64,000 nt of DNA from Heteronotia binoei (lineage: Eukaryota), in NCBI RefSeq assembly GCF_032191835.1, contig NC_083240.1, positions 17,546,001 to 17,610,000 on the forward strand, in the 5' to 3' direction. Position 1 is the stretch's first letter; each line of letters starts with the position of its first letter. Under the pieces are notes generated by a model. The model did not search any database. It saw nothing but the letters and a program-made list of their open reading frames with translations, and was not told where the DNA came from. The position numbers and the translations under genes are program-made. Shown piece after piece: positions 37,216-49,161 of this stretch.

Positions 37216-37690
37216 AATGAAAGACAGAAAACCATTTCCCTCATTTTAATGCAGAAAGTTACAGAAGGTTAACTTGGGTTTGTCTTCACTGCGAGAGAGA
37301 AAGGCTAGCACCTTTGACTTCTGTCATCGTTAAGTCTAAACTGAAGAACCACCTGATTTATGATACCAGTCCCTTCTTTGCTCAGCTCCTCTCCATGCTT
37401 CTGTAATTTACTGCATACAAATGAGGAAAATGTTTTTCTTTCTTTCATTGCATCTGAGGAAGTGAGCTTTAATGCACAAAAGCTCATGCTGGAATCAATG
37501 CTGTTAGCCTTCAAAGAGCTGCTGGACTTCAGCAGGGTGGGGGGGGGGGTAGTCTGTTGAAAAAGAGTCACATAATTATCCATCTGGAATTGTCTTGGGG
37601 AGGGGTCCATATAGGTTTGTCAACATTTATCTTTTGTCTTAGTGTGACACTGTTCCGAGCTGTATGGGCTGTATGAGCAGTATCATTAAA

Positions 37691-37897
37691 TAGGGTTGCC
37701 AACTCCGGACTGAGAATGGAGGTTTGGGGGTGGAGCCTAGGAAGGGTGGGATTTGGGGAGGGACTTCAATGGGATGTCATGCCACAGAGTCCACCATGTA
37801 AAGCAACCATTTTTTTCCAGGGGAATTGTTCTGTAGTCTGGAGATCAGCTGTAATTCTGGGAAATCTCCAGTCTCCCACCTGGTGGGTGACAACCCA
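37691..37897. mobile_element. hAT-like MITE (TAGGGTTGCCA family)
   Basis: tagggttgccaac...gtgacaaccca ends; family internal sequence. Confidence 0.8.
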
Positions 37898-38471
37898 TAG
37901 GTTGATAATTCACTGCCAGAGCATTTGTTTTTCATGCATGAGTCGCTGGCATCTCTGGCTTAAAACATCCCCACATTGGAATGTGTTGAGACCCTTTGAT
38001 AGCACTGTGTTCAACAGACTGACCAGGGATCCACTAGCACCTTTCCTAGCACCTTCCAAGTATTTCTAGGAAGTGGGCGATGCCAGGCAGGGCTTTTTCC
38101 CAGCAAGGCTTCTGATTGGCTATTGGAGATTTGATTGACTGCAGATTTTTAATTTAAATGCTGCTTTGGTAGCAGCTGCTGTCACAATACAAGTATCAGC
38201 ACTGTGTTACTTACGTTAAGCTAGGGCAATCATTTTGTGTGTCTCCACCTCTTGCAGCAGCCATTTTGTTGCTGTGTCCACCATGCTGTGTCAGAATTCC
38301 AAATATGCGCACAGGCTGCAAAAGGTCGGGGGTTCCTGGGACTGACAGCATGACTCAAAACCCTTCACTCCCTCTTATTAAAAACAAAGTCCCTTATATT
38401 TCACACCCAACTAACTTGTCTGATTTTGATTATTTTTTGTAAATTTTCCGGTTTGGTTTCTTGCCTCCCAG

Positions 38472-38484
38472 GAACCTTCTGTAG
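38472..38484 (+). CDS. PRDM2: PRDM2 short terminal coding exon (R-N-L-L-stop)
   Basis: Long pyrimidine tract then cccag|G AAC CTT CTG TAG; completes the split AG+G Arg codon; matches the recalled mammalian '...DFRNFL*' isoform end. Confidence 0.88.
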
Positions 38485-39762
38485 CAGCAAAGCAGACCTT
38501 CGAAAGGAAGTTCCTAAGCAGTGAAGCCGGAAGCGTTCCACGCTCAGCTTCAGCGGGCGAGCTCTGCAGCTCCAGCAGCCAAATCAGCCAGGATTGAAAG
38601 AACTGGCCAGAGCTGACCACTCCCTCCCCCCGAGGCAACAGACTGCTCATGCCAGAGCTGGGTCCGGCCGGGCTAAAGGAATACTTGGCTGCAGAGAGAG
38701 AGAGAGAGGGTACATGGTGTCTTTCCCCCCTCCCCCCTTTCTAAATTCTTTCTGTTAAGGAAGTGCAGCGAGCAAAACTGGACCCTGCTACAGAATTCAT
38801 AGCTCGTGTTTGCACTTTGTTCTGTTTTCTTGATGGAAGTGCATGGAAAAGAGTGAGAAATGGTATAACCCAGAAGTGTGCAAAACTGGCTCCTTCTCTT
38901 TCTGGTATATCCAGGACAACACATTAACTGCACTAAAAAAAATGGGGTGGTTTTTTTTGGTGGGGAGGGGGGGTTGCACATTGAGTCCCTGCAAAGCTTT
39001 TTTTTTTTTTTTTTTACCACAAGAAAGTTTGTGTGGAGGAAACATTCTCCTCTCCAAACTCTTCTACTGGTGAGCACCACGGTGGAGTTAGGCTGGGCAC
39101 CAAACCCGGGATATTGCTATCGCTTTCCCCCAAGGACACCAGGAGGGGCAAGGTGGGTGGGGAGAGAGATTAGCATAGCCTGACTAGCAGGCCTCCATTT
39201 CTGACATCTCTGAAAGCAGACGTTATCCAACAGGTTATTTGTTTAAGGAACTGTTCACCATATAAAATGTGTATAGCACAATGAGACTACACAGATGAAA
39301 TGATGGTTGAATTGGCGGATGTATCTGTCTGTACCTAATAACTTAAGAGCTACAAATTTTTTCCTAGTCGGTAAGCAAGATTTACTTTCTGGAAATTAAT
39401 ATTTTTTCACACACAAACCTTTTTTTTTTTTTTTGAAGGAAGTAGACTTCAATCCTGTCAGTCAGTCCGTGAAGAAAAACAGCTAGTTTTTATTTGTGCT
39501 CCCTCCCTTCTCCCCCCCCCCACCATTTTTACTTTATCATCTTTTATTTGTTCTTGACTTTAAAAAAGTAATCTACCTCTTAAAATTTGTAGTTTTTAAT
39601 ATTGTTTGGTGAATTCGTGCCACTTTAATACCCATCCTTTTCACTATCATTCCCTAGGGTGTCCCCCCCCCCCTTTTTTTTTTTGGTTACTTTTTTCCGG
39701 TTCATGGGGACTCTTATGTCAAACTATTGTATAAAGCATTTGTAGCAAGTTTGAAAAAAAAT

Positions 39763-39768
39763 AATAAA
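39763..39768 (+). terminator. Polyadenylation signal (proximal candidate)
   Basis: AATAAA preceded by TGTA elements (ttgtataaagcatttgtag). Confidence 0.5.
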
Positions 39769-40204
39769 ATATTTAAAATTATTTAAGTTGCTTTGGACAC
39801 TTCAATTGTATTATATGTGATCTACATTTTTCATCGATTTGAGGCGGAGGGGGTTGGATGGGAAGTGTGTGTGGGGGGGGGGGAGTTAACCTGGAGATTT
39901 GTCCCTGTATTGAAGTTTGCTGTTATCTGTAGTTTGTTGGAGAATGACTCCCAAAAGGCTCTTCTACTGAAAACATTAAAATTTCCAATTTTCCATATAA
40001 AAGGGGGTTGTCGTTGCTTTCAAATGCTGGCATCATTGGAGATAACGTAAAATACAGATAGGCAGGGTGAGTATGTGTCTTTAAAATGCTGAACCCTGGG
40101 GAAAACTCCATTGTGTATTTTTAAAGGTGGGAGGGACTTGTTGTTTTACAAGGACATAATGACCACCTAGGTTATTACCTGAGGCATTTTCTATACCTGT
40201 AACC

Positions 40205-40210
40205 AATAAA
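40205..40210 (+). terminator. Polyadenylation signal (middle candidate)
   Basis: cctgtaaccAATAAA: TGTA immediately upstream, U-rich sequence downstream. Confidence 0.55.
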
Positions 40211-41057
40211 ATATTCTTCCTTAAACTGGGAAAATTTGCCTTTTTATGCCTAAAAACTGACTGCTGTTAGACGGCTTGAAAATCTTTGGTAGACGTGTCT
40301 GCCTCTGACTATGGCTAGATGGGAACCTTCTGCGGCCAGAGGCTGTCTCCCTTTGCCAACCAGGTTCTAGGGCGTTATCAAGAAAGGAAAGCTGTTTTTA
40401 TGACCTACTTGTTTGTTTTCTGCAGGCATCTAAAGTAGCCAGTGTTTGAAATAGGTTGCTGGTGTCAGGTAGTAGTTTTGCATTCTGTTGCAGCAATATA
40501 ATAACTTCTTTGCACTGGCCTAAGTTTCATCTACATTATCTCGGGGTAGGGTGGGTTGCTATAAACAGGCCCATAAAAGACAGTGGCATTGTTTACACAA
40601 CCACAGATGCAGAATCGTAAGCTTGTGATAGCTACTCAAGGAATTGGGAGATAGTAAAGTGAAATTGGAAGTGGGGGGGGGGCGGAGCTCTGTAATGCAC
40701 TACTATGTACGTTGGATGTGTTAAAGGTATCCCTTGTGCAGGAGCAGTTGTTTGGAAAACCTGTTCTCTGCAGCTCCCTGTGGAGTGTGCATGCAATGGC
40801 AGGATAACGTTTGCGGCTGTGTAACATGACAAACTAGGATCAAACAGCAGGGGTTTTTTTGGGGGGGGGGGAGCCAGAGAAAGTTGTGAATGGCTATTCT
40901 TATGCAAAGGTACATGAACGGAATAATTTGTTTTTAATTATTTGTTAGGTTGATAACTGTTAAGACTGAACCAAATTGGAACAAAGATTTTGCAAAATAA
41001 TAATAAGTTGTATGCACAGTCTGTTTTGGAAGTTGTTTTGGAGGCCTTGCAAAATGA

Positions 41058-41063
41058 AATAAA
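41058..41063 (+). terminator. Polyadenylation signal (distal candidate)
   Basis: AATAAA after TGTA and GT-rich sequence, at the end of the repeat-free block. Confidence 0.55.
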
Positions 41064-41229
41064 AGCAGTCACACATTCGTAGTGAGTTCAGAGGCATCAC
41101 TCTGGGGCTTGCTGATGTCTTTGAGAGAAATCCCGTCGGCTGCCTGATGTCATCAGGAAAGCATCTTTAGAGCAAGGCTGTTGCTTTGGCTTCGATGTGG
41201 TCATCACTGGCTACTTGCAGGGGTGGCCT

Positions 41230-41547
41230 TGTGTTGCTTTACTTGTTGCTTCACTGGCTAGGATCACCTTGGAAAGAAGGGACTGATGGGGGTGTGTGGA
41301 GGAGAAGATCCTAGGAAGAAGCAACTTCAAGTGGCAAACCATATCCTGAAAAAGATACACAAGGTGAGTCTTCATTGTATATATAACACCAATAACATGT
41401 ATGGTGTCGAACACAGAGCAACAAACTCCTAGGCTAGCTTTAAATTCTCCGAGGTCGGGTTCGTCCCAGCGGGAAAACCCATGTGTGTGACTGCACAGAT
41501 GACCGCTCGAAGATCATCAGTTACAGGTAAGCAACCTGTTTTTTCCA
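41230..41547 (+). mobile_element. Possible DIRS-like retroelement terminal fragment
   Basis: tgtgtgactgcacagatgaccgctcgaagatcatcagttacaggtaagcaacctgtttttt resembles recalled reptile DIRS ends; no coding evidence. Confidence 0.4.
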
Positions 41548-42922
41548 GGTCTCCGTAATATTTTCTCTACTTCATCCCAATTTTTGGTAGTGAAACTTCA
41601 ATGCAACTCCAGTTGCAAGCATGAAGATGCAGTTCTTCGCTCTTGGCAACACTGGGAAGCTGTGAAAAAGAAGTCTAAGGAGATGCATGTGAACACATGA
41701 AATGACCATATACCGAGTGAGACCGTTGCTCCATGTAGCTCAGTACTTTAGCTGTCCACATTCTTGGACAGAGCAAGGTATGTGAGCGTTAGATGAAAAC
41801 AGTTGGCAAATAGTTGCCCTAATTTTAAAAAGTAAGGGAAAGAGTTCAAGGATGAATTATGCTTGCTGTCTGAAGGTCTTCCTAGCTTGAATACCACATA
41901 CAGTGTGGGCCATTCACATATCTTGTCATCCTTGCTGTGCCTCTCTAAGGTACAGTGCTGTAATTTTACAACCATATCCCTTTGGTTTTCCGGGGAGGCC
42001 ATTCAGGAATTCATGTGTGAGACAGCAAATAAATGGTGTTCACATAGCTTGAGATGAGGTCATTCCTTTCCAATAAACCTGCCTATGTACCAAGATGCAC
42101 TATTGAAGCCTTGCTGCAGGCTCTCCCACCTGTTGGAAGTTGGGTGGTTGACTGTCAGAGATGGACATTTTAGTCCCTGAAATCATGTTACGTTTTAGGT
42201 TTGAAAATGGAGGCTTTCTCACGCCATGCTGCTCTCTGACTGGCCTCTGTTGGAAGCAGGAAACTGGACTTCTCATTCACCTTGCTTTTGCCCAGCAAGG
42301 TTGTTCTTATGGGGCAAGAGTGCCACCTTGTGGGGAAATGTACATTTGTCCAAGTCACACTGTTACTCCACCTTTTGACACGGGAGTCAGTTTGTTTTAA
42401 TTAACAGCGCCAATGGGGGGAACACCCCTAAAGCTTTGATTTCTAAATAAAATCGACGATGGTAAGTTTATTAATATTTTTTTCAAATACCTGTCACAAG
42501 CATGCACTTTATTTTCCAGCGGACATGTTGTGGATAGGCAAGAAATCGTGCAGAAGGGGCCTTAAATATACTAAATATATTGATGGCAGTGCCCATGAGG
42601 GAGTGCAGGGGCCTGATTAATCTCACCTGAAAGTGGCCATTTCCCTGCTTCCACAGATTATGCCATTGGGATGAAAGTGATGTCACAGTGGCCTGTCTGG
42701 TCCCCCCCCCATCTTTACAACAACCATGTGAGGTAGGTGAGGCTTTGAGATAACAGCTGGCTCAAGGACATTCCATGAGTGTCACAGTAAGCAAGGGTTT
42801 GAATCTGGATCTCCCCTGTGTAGTCCAGCATATTACCCATACTGGCTCCAGAGCAGGGTTTTGGAAGTGCTTAAAGGTTAGCAATTCCTTTCGGTAGCCT
42901 TCACATCCTGCAGGAAAGCCAC

Positions 42923-43114
42923 CAATGTTCCCTCTAAGCTGCAGAGTCTTGTGAGCAAAAATTCTACTTTGAGCTGCTGGCATTAAAGTTGTAAGCTACT
43001 GCATAAAGTGTTGTGCTCTGGGGTCATCCTTTCTGAGCTAAGACAAAAATGTGTGAGCTGGAGGCTAAAAATCTGTGAGCTAGCTCATGCTAACTCAGCG
43101 TAGAGGGAACACTG
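42923..43114 (-). mobile_element. Complete hAT MITE (CAGTGTTCCCTCTAAGCTG family)
   Basis: TIRs caatgttccctctaagctg / cagcgtagagggaacactg; TSD aaagccac / aaagccgc (7/8). Confidence 0.9.
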
Positions 43115-43646
43115 AAAGCCGCATAGATCAAATATCGGCTGTGCAGTTCATAAACAGCATGCTCCAGCCCAAAATGCTTCACCAGCCTTTGTGGGCGTCA
43201 TTCAGACACAAAGGCTTTATGGAGCAGGTGGGCTCATTGACCCAGAAAGTTTTGTTTTAATGCGGCTTCTGTCCGATGGCTTGTCTTTTAATGCTGTGTT
43301 TTCTAGTCCAGTTCAGTCTGCTGTGTTTTTTAACTGGAAGCTACCTCCAGCAGGGTTCTGACAAGGCAGAAGAGAAGTGTTCTGAACAAATAAACTGTGC
43401 TGTCCTTTGCAACAGCAGACTCGCTTCTCTGCAAAACGAAGAGCTAATTGGACAGCGTTAGTTGACGGAGGGCCCTCTGGCCAGGCTGCCATAAAGGACA
43501 GGTATGAGGGTGTCAAAGATAGGCTGGGCATCAAGGACAGGTATATATTGTGGTCCTCAAGGTGGCAGAGGATCCACCCAAGGCATTGGGTCCATTTCCC
43601 AACAGGCAGCAGAGGGGATGCTGCTTCAACCAGGCCTGGAGCAGTC

Positions 43647-44495
43647 ACGGAATCAGAGACTTGGAAAAGTTCTTAGTGGTCACTGAGTCCAACCCCCTGC
43701 TCAGTGCAGGCAGTCTAAAACTGGGACATTCCTGTCCGCTCAGCCTCTGCTTAAAGAACTCCAGTGTGAGCCTCCAGAGCCCCGCCCTGGTTAGCAGTTG
43801 CATCCCATTGTCGAATTGCCAGGAGGAGGTTTCTCCAAACGTCTGACGAAAATCTGTTCTCTAACTAAAGCCTGCTAGGTTGTAGTCTTGCCTTTTTAAG
43901 CAGCAGACATCAGCCCTTGGCCAAGTTGCTTAGGGCAGCCTTGTAGGGACTGGATGCTGTCCTGTTCCCAGACTTCTCTAGGTTTAAACAATCCCAGCTC
44001 CTTCAAACTTTCCTCATAGGGATTGATGGAGGGAGGGGCTGGTGGTTCAGTGGAAGAGCCTCTGCTTGGGTTGCAGAAGATCCCAGGTTTGATCCCTGGC
44101 ATCTCCAGCTGAAAGGACCAGGCAGTAATTGATGTGAAACACCTATGCCTGAGACCCTGAAGAGCCGCCGCCAGTCTGAGTAGATAAGACTGGCCTTGAT
44201 AGACCAGTTGTCTGGATGAGTATAAGGCAGCTTCACATGTTTGTGTGCAGCTTCCAGATCCCCCTGCCATTTCAGTGGTTTTCTTCTGAACCTGTTAAAA
44301 TTTGTCTACAGCTCTGCGGCACCCAGAACTGGATACAGAATTCCAATCTGGCTAGTGTACAACAGAACAGCCATCGCTTCTCATGCCTCAGATACTCAGC
44401 TACTGTTAAAGCAGCCAAAAATTGCATTAGCCTTTTTGACAGCCACATCACATCGCTGCTGACTCATGTTCACCTCATGATCGCCTGCTGGGCAT
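43647..44495 (-). mobile_element. CR1 LINE 3' region interrupted by a tRNA-SINE (44028-44241, +)
   Basis: gtcactgagtccaaccccctgctc..., ttctctaggtttaaacaatcccagctccttcaa..., gcagccaaaaattgcattagcctttttg are reverse-strand CR1 text; the SINE has A/B boxes and an aaggcagcttcacatg tail. Confidence 0.8.
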
Positions 44496-44639
44496 GAATC
44501 AGCAGAGTGGGGTGGCTGCAAAACCATCTAATGTGATGGAGAGGGGCAGTGGGTCTTTCTCATTTAGCCCAAGGGTCCTTGCCATGAGACTGTACTACTA
44601 TTTGCTCCTAAGCCCACCACCAGCCAGGGGATCACTTAA

Positions 44640-44858
44640 AATGATATGATGATGATATTGGATTTATATCCCACGCTATACTCTTGAGTCTCAGAGCGGT
44701 CACAATCTCCTTCATCTTCTTCCCCCACAACAAACCCCCTGTGAGGTGCGTGGGGCTGAGGACTCTCACAGCAGCTGCCCTTTCAAGGGCAACCTTTGCC
44801 AGAGCTATGGCTGACCCAAGGCCATTCCAGCAGGTGCAAGTGGAAGAGAGTGCCCATC
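44640..44858 (-). mobile_element. Squam3/MIR-like SINE, 5' truncated
   Basis: Reverse complement of the 28640 copy (gatattggatttatatccc...gctgccctttcaaggg). Confidence 0.82.
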
Positions 44859-45212
44859 CCCAGGTCACAAACAGACCCATCCATCCTCAGTCAGGTCATT
44901 GGTCTACCAAGGTCAGCGTTGCCTGCCTACTCTCACAGACAGTGGTTTTCCAGAGTATCGGGCAGCAGTCTTTCATATTGCCTAGTAACTTTTTAACTGG
45001 AGAAGATGCCAGTGGTTGAATCTGGGGTCTTCTGTGTGCAAAGCAAGTGACCTAACAACAGAAGAGCCCTGGTGGACCAGACAAGTCGTCCATCTGGTTT
45101 AACAAAGTATGGCCTCCAGACATGCCAAGTGACAGATAGATAGGACTAGCTATCAATAACTCTTTCACTGACAATGCACAGAAACAGAACTGAAACCAAC
45201 CTATGTGCATTG

Positions 45213-45428
45213 CAGGGTTGCCAGCTCTCGGTTTGGACATTTCTGAAAATTTGAGTATAGCCTAGGGGAAAAAGGGGTTGTGGGGGAGAGAGACCTCAGT
45301 GGTGTAGAATACCATAGAGTCCATCCGCTGAAGCAGCCATTTCCTTGAGATGAACTGATCCCTGTAGCCCTGGGATCAGCTGTAATTTTAGAAGATCTCC
45401 AGGCTGCACCAGGAGGTTGGCAACCCTA
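45213..45428. mobile_element. hAT-like MITE (TAGGGTTGCCA family)
   Basis: cagggttgcca...ttggcaacccta TIRs. Confidence 0.8.
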
Positions 45429-45985
45429 AGCAAAATATCTGCAATGGACTTTGGTGTGCATACCGTTCTCTTTGCAGATCAGGAGTGCAACCAGAACAGA
45501 ACAGAAGCTTGCTGGAGATCGACTGAACAAATGAGCATCACCACTGGGTGGGACCAACAGCCTGTTGGCCCGTTGATGCTCATTCAGCCAGTCTAATTGA
45601 GTGGCGTGGTGCATGCAACATCAGTATTCTATTTAAAATGTTTGTTAGCTGCCTTGCTCCTTTGTGGAACTCAAGGCTGCTCACAATATAAATAAAACAC
45701 AAAAACAACAATTACAAAACCCATAATAGTCACAGTTTAAAAACTCCAGTGAAGACTGTTTATAATAGTAGAGGAACATCAGGCATACTAAAGGAAGGTG
45801 AGAGAGCTACGTGACTGCAGCACCTTTCTGTGAGTTCTGTCTGCTTGGATGTCTAATAGTGGGAGGCCTGAAATACATGGGAAATGTTTAGTGTAATGCC
45901 TGCTGGAGATGTGAAAAACGGCCTAAATAGTTTTTATTAAAACTGACGTATCAGCACCAAGCTGCAACAGCCGAAGAAACTCATC

Positions 45986-46285
45986 AACATAAGAAGAGCT
46001 CTGCTGGAACAGATCAGTGGTCCATCTAGTTCAGCATCCTGTCTCACATAATGGCCAAACCAGTTCCTCTGAAAGGCCAACAACAAGGCACAGAGGCTGA
46101 GGCCTTCCCCTGATGTTGCCTCTTGGCTCTGGGATTCAGAGGCTTAGCGCCTCTAAATGTGGAGGTTCCCCTCAGCCACCATGGCTAGCAGCCTTTCATA
46201 GACCTATTCTCCATGAATCGGTCTAATTCCCCTTTATTCCTATGGCTCTTACTACATCCTCTACTAATTCCACATTTTAATTCCC
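45986..46285 (-). mobile_element. CR1 LINE 3' end
   Basis: aacataagaagagctctgctggaacagatcagtggtccatctagttcagcatcctg is the reverse complement of a CR1 terminus. Confidence 0.8.
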
Positions 46286-46288
46286 ATG

Positions 46289-46505
46289 GCAAAGTTGGAG
46301 TCCACTAGCATCTTTAAGGCCAACCAATTTTTAGTCAGAATGTAAGCTTTCGTGTGTGTGCACACTTCATCTCGAATGGAACGGACTGAGTGCGCATGCA
46401 CACAAAAGCTTGCATTCTGGATAAAACTTCATTGGTCTTAAAGGTGCTACTGGACTCCCAACTTTGTTCTATTGCTTCAGGCCACCACAGCTGCCCACCT
46501 GGATC
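46289..46505. mobile_element. Penelope-like mini-insertion with inverted-repeat structure
   Basis: Arms agttggagtccactagcatctttaagg...aagctttcgtgtgtg and cacacaaaagctt...cttaaaggtgctactggactcccaact are reverse complements; TSD taattcccatg / taatttccatg (10/11). Confidence 0.8.
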
Positions 46506-47009
46506 TAATTTCCATGAGTGGCTGCTACTGCTGCAAATGGGCAGGGCGGCATCTAAAGCTTTGGATCGTCTTGCAAGCTTCTGACAGCCCTCTCACCTAA
46601 CTTGTTCCTCTACTCTGCAAATTATCTTGAGTGATGAACACTAAAAATTCCCCGCTCAGTCCCCTTTAGAGTTGGGCCCACCGCTAGAGTCTGCACTGAA
46701 GTACCCAAGTAGTGTCCAGGGTTAAAAAGGATTCCGTATACTTAACAGATTGATTTAGCAAACTGATACCTCCTCTCTCAGCCGAAGGCTTCCCGGGCTA
46801 CTTCCACATAAAATCTACCATCGAAAGCCCATTCCATAAACAGTCAGTAAAAATAACCATCAGCAGTAAAAACAGATGGTTAAAAAGGAAACAGCCTTGT
46901 CTGCTGCAAGCCACAATAAAACAAAACCCACAAGTGATGACACAACTAAATAAAACGCTGTTAGCCTGGCAGTTAGTGCTAAACCCATTATATGCCAGGT
47001 GATGAGCTA

Positions 47010-47207
47010 TGGGAGTGGACTGCCGACTCTGGTTTGGGAAATTCCTGGAATATTTGGGGGGTGCAACCTGGGGAGGGATCTCATCAGGGGTGTGATGCCA
47101 TAGAGACCGCCCTATGAAGCTGCCATTTCCTCCAGGGGAACTGGTCTCTCTAGGCTGGAGATCATTCAAGGAGAATGCCAGGGCCCACCTGCAGGCTGCC
47201 ATCCCTA
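47010..47207. mobile_element. hAT-like MITE (TAGGGTTGCCA family), diverged
   Basis: gggaaattcctggaatatttgggggg...gccatttcctccaggggaactg...gccatcccta. Confidence 0.72.
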
Positions 47208-49000
47208 TCCAGAACTGATCATTTGCGAAGACGGTGTGACAGGGGAGTGAACAGTGCTAAACCCTTTGTTGGGGAAGGGGAGATGACTTCATTTCATCTC
47301 AGCCTGATGTTCTCAGTGAATCTCGTTGAAGCCCTGCCTGGAAATGCAGCTTGGATTCATTAGGAAACCTCTTCTAAGCTGCCCTCGAACTCCTTCCAAT
47401 GTTACAGCTCAACCTCCTGCTTGCTTTCTGGTAAAAGCTGAGAACCCAGAGGTTTGAAGGGCTTAAAAGAACAGGGATGACAAATGTGGAATCATTTCTG
47501 TCCCCCCCCCCCCCTTTAGAGCCAAAGTCCCTTCTCAGTTGATATCACCCAGTTCAGCATTTCAACATTCACCCTTCTTGGGTGTTCTGTGAACTCAAGT
47601 GTGACTCTTGTGTAAAAGACCGGGGTGGGGGGGCTTCCTTCCGTGTGACAATCCTGCCCTTGCCTCTGTCCTTTCTTTCTCCTCTTCTGGCCTCCCTGAG
47701 AAAATGCAGATGGACAGCAGGAACGAAAAGTGCAGAAACTAACCCCCTCATCTCACGGCTGGCGCTTCCATCTGTTTCCAGGAGAGCCTTGTTTTTTTTT
47801 TCTTTTAATGCATTGCCAAGTGAAGTGGGACAGGAAGGTGCGGAGTGGGGGGGGGGAGAGAACACTGCAGCAGATTCCAGAGGCAACGTAATTTAATGAT
47901 GCTCACAGGCTCCTCCTGTTTCTCTCTTTCTGCTCAGAGAAGGAGAGAGAGAGAGAGGGAGAGATTTGAAGTAGAAGCACTAAGCAGGGACCAGTGCCAA
48001 AAAACCCAGGCCAGAACATACTGTCGGTGCAAAGCGTTGGACTGTGGAATCATCCAGCCGCTAAACTGAGATGTGACCTGGACTTGAGAAGCAAGACAGC
48101 ACCCAGTAGGTAGGTGACTCGAGGGGGCGGTGGCAGCATTGGCCCTGGGCATCCTATTGCTTTGATCTGGCTCCGTCGCAGCTCGTTGGCCATCCTCAAG
48201 GAAGCTTTTGCTTTGTCAACAGTTCCCAGAATCTTGGATGCCAGAAAGAGTGATAGAGCAGTCTTGGTCTCTTGCAAGAGCCAAGCAGAACACAGCCACC
48301 TTTGCAGCAGGGTGGCCACAGCTGTGTCCAAACCCACGGTTGAAATGAAGGTGGGTTCCTGACATCAAATGAGATACAATCCTTAGATCTTTGCAAAGCC
48401 GTTCCCTAGTGGCCGTTCTCTCAAAGGGAAGCATTCCAAGCATCACCCCAAGGAAGGAGCTGGCACCGCTTGGAGAGGAACATTGTTATTCCAAGTAACG
48501 GCTGCAAGACAGAACAGGAATCTACTCTGCTTCCCGCTGAGAGGGCCTGAGACCTAAAACTGGTGGCCACAGAAGAAGGAAGCATTTCTGAGACACACGA
48601 GATGTCCCACTGAGGCAAGAAGGAATCTCGATGCTGCCAGCATTCCTCAGACAAAAGTCAACTCAGCTTCCTACCTGCTCCCATTTTGTTGGTGCTTTCC
48701 AACCAGGCTTGTGGTAGAAAGAGAGGGAATCACAGCTTGGTGCTGTGCACATGACTAAGCCAGGAGACCTTTGTCAAAACCATGGAAACTTCACCTGTGA
48801 GTTCCAGCCCCAAAGCAGGACCAGCTGTGACCTTCACACAGGTTTTTGGACAGCAGTGCCAGCTTCTGGAGGCAGGTAAGTGGAGGGCTGGCCAACCTGC
48901 GGGAACACATCATTTGGGGGCAGCAGGATTGGGTGGTGGAATCAGTAGAACAGCGTGTGTTCTCTTGGGTGCACCCAGCATCCTTTGCAACACTGCAAGA

Positions 49001-49161
49001 TAGATCCAAGTGGGCAGCCGTGTTGGTCTGAAGTAGTTGAACAAAGCAGGAGTACCTGATCCCCTCATCTGATAAAGTGTGCTTAGAGAGCACATGAAAG
49101 CTTGTGTTCTAAATAAAACTTGGTTGGCCTTAAAGGTGCAATTTGACTCCTGCTTTGTTCA
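49001..49161. mobile_element. Penelope-like mini-insertion, 161 bp
   Basis: tagatccaagtgggcagccgtgttggtctgaag...gaacaaagcaggagt with inverted actcctgctttgttc; perfect 12 bp TSD AACACTGCAAGA (48989-49000, 49162-49173). Confidence 0.85.

Larger units (their letters stand above)
673..41085 (+). other. PRDM2: PRDM2 (RIZ) gene body, 5' part missing; short-tail isoform complete to its 3' UTR
   Basis: Seven exons join in frame (118+104+153+127+108+4444+13=5067 nt) with GT-AG boundaries. Translation gives a PR/SET domain, acidic region and 8 zinc fingers in RIZ order. The 3' end is approximate. Confidence 0.96.
38485..41085 (+). other. PRDM2: 3' UTR of the short-tail PRDM2 isoform
   Basis: TE-free ~2.6 kb after the stop codon, U-rich tracts and three AATAAA hexamers; distal end inferred from the last signal. 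Confidence 0.7.

Noticed and set aside
38482-38490. Stop context TAG CAG CAA resembling the UAG-CAR-YYA readthrough signal
   Set aside because: It fails the motif at one position, and readthrough would add only about 10 residues before TAA.
47900-48700. Non-repetitive GC-balanced block with several short ORFs after an acceptor-like site (47937)
   Set aside because: Stops in all frames and no recognisable protein; cannot be supported as an exon or gene.
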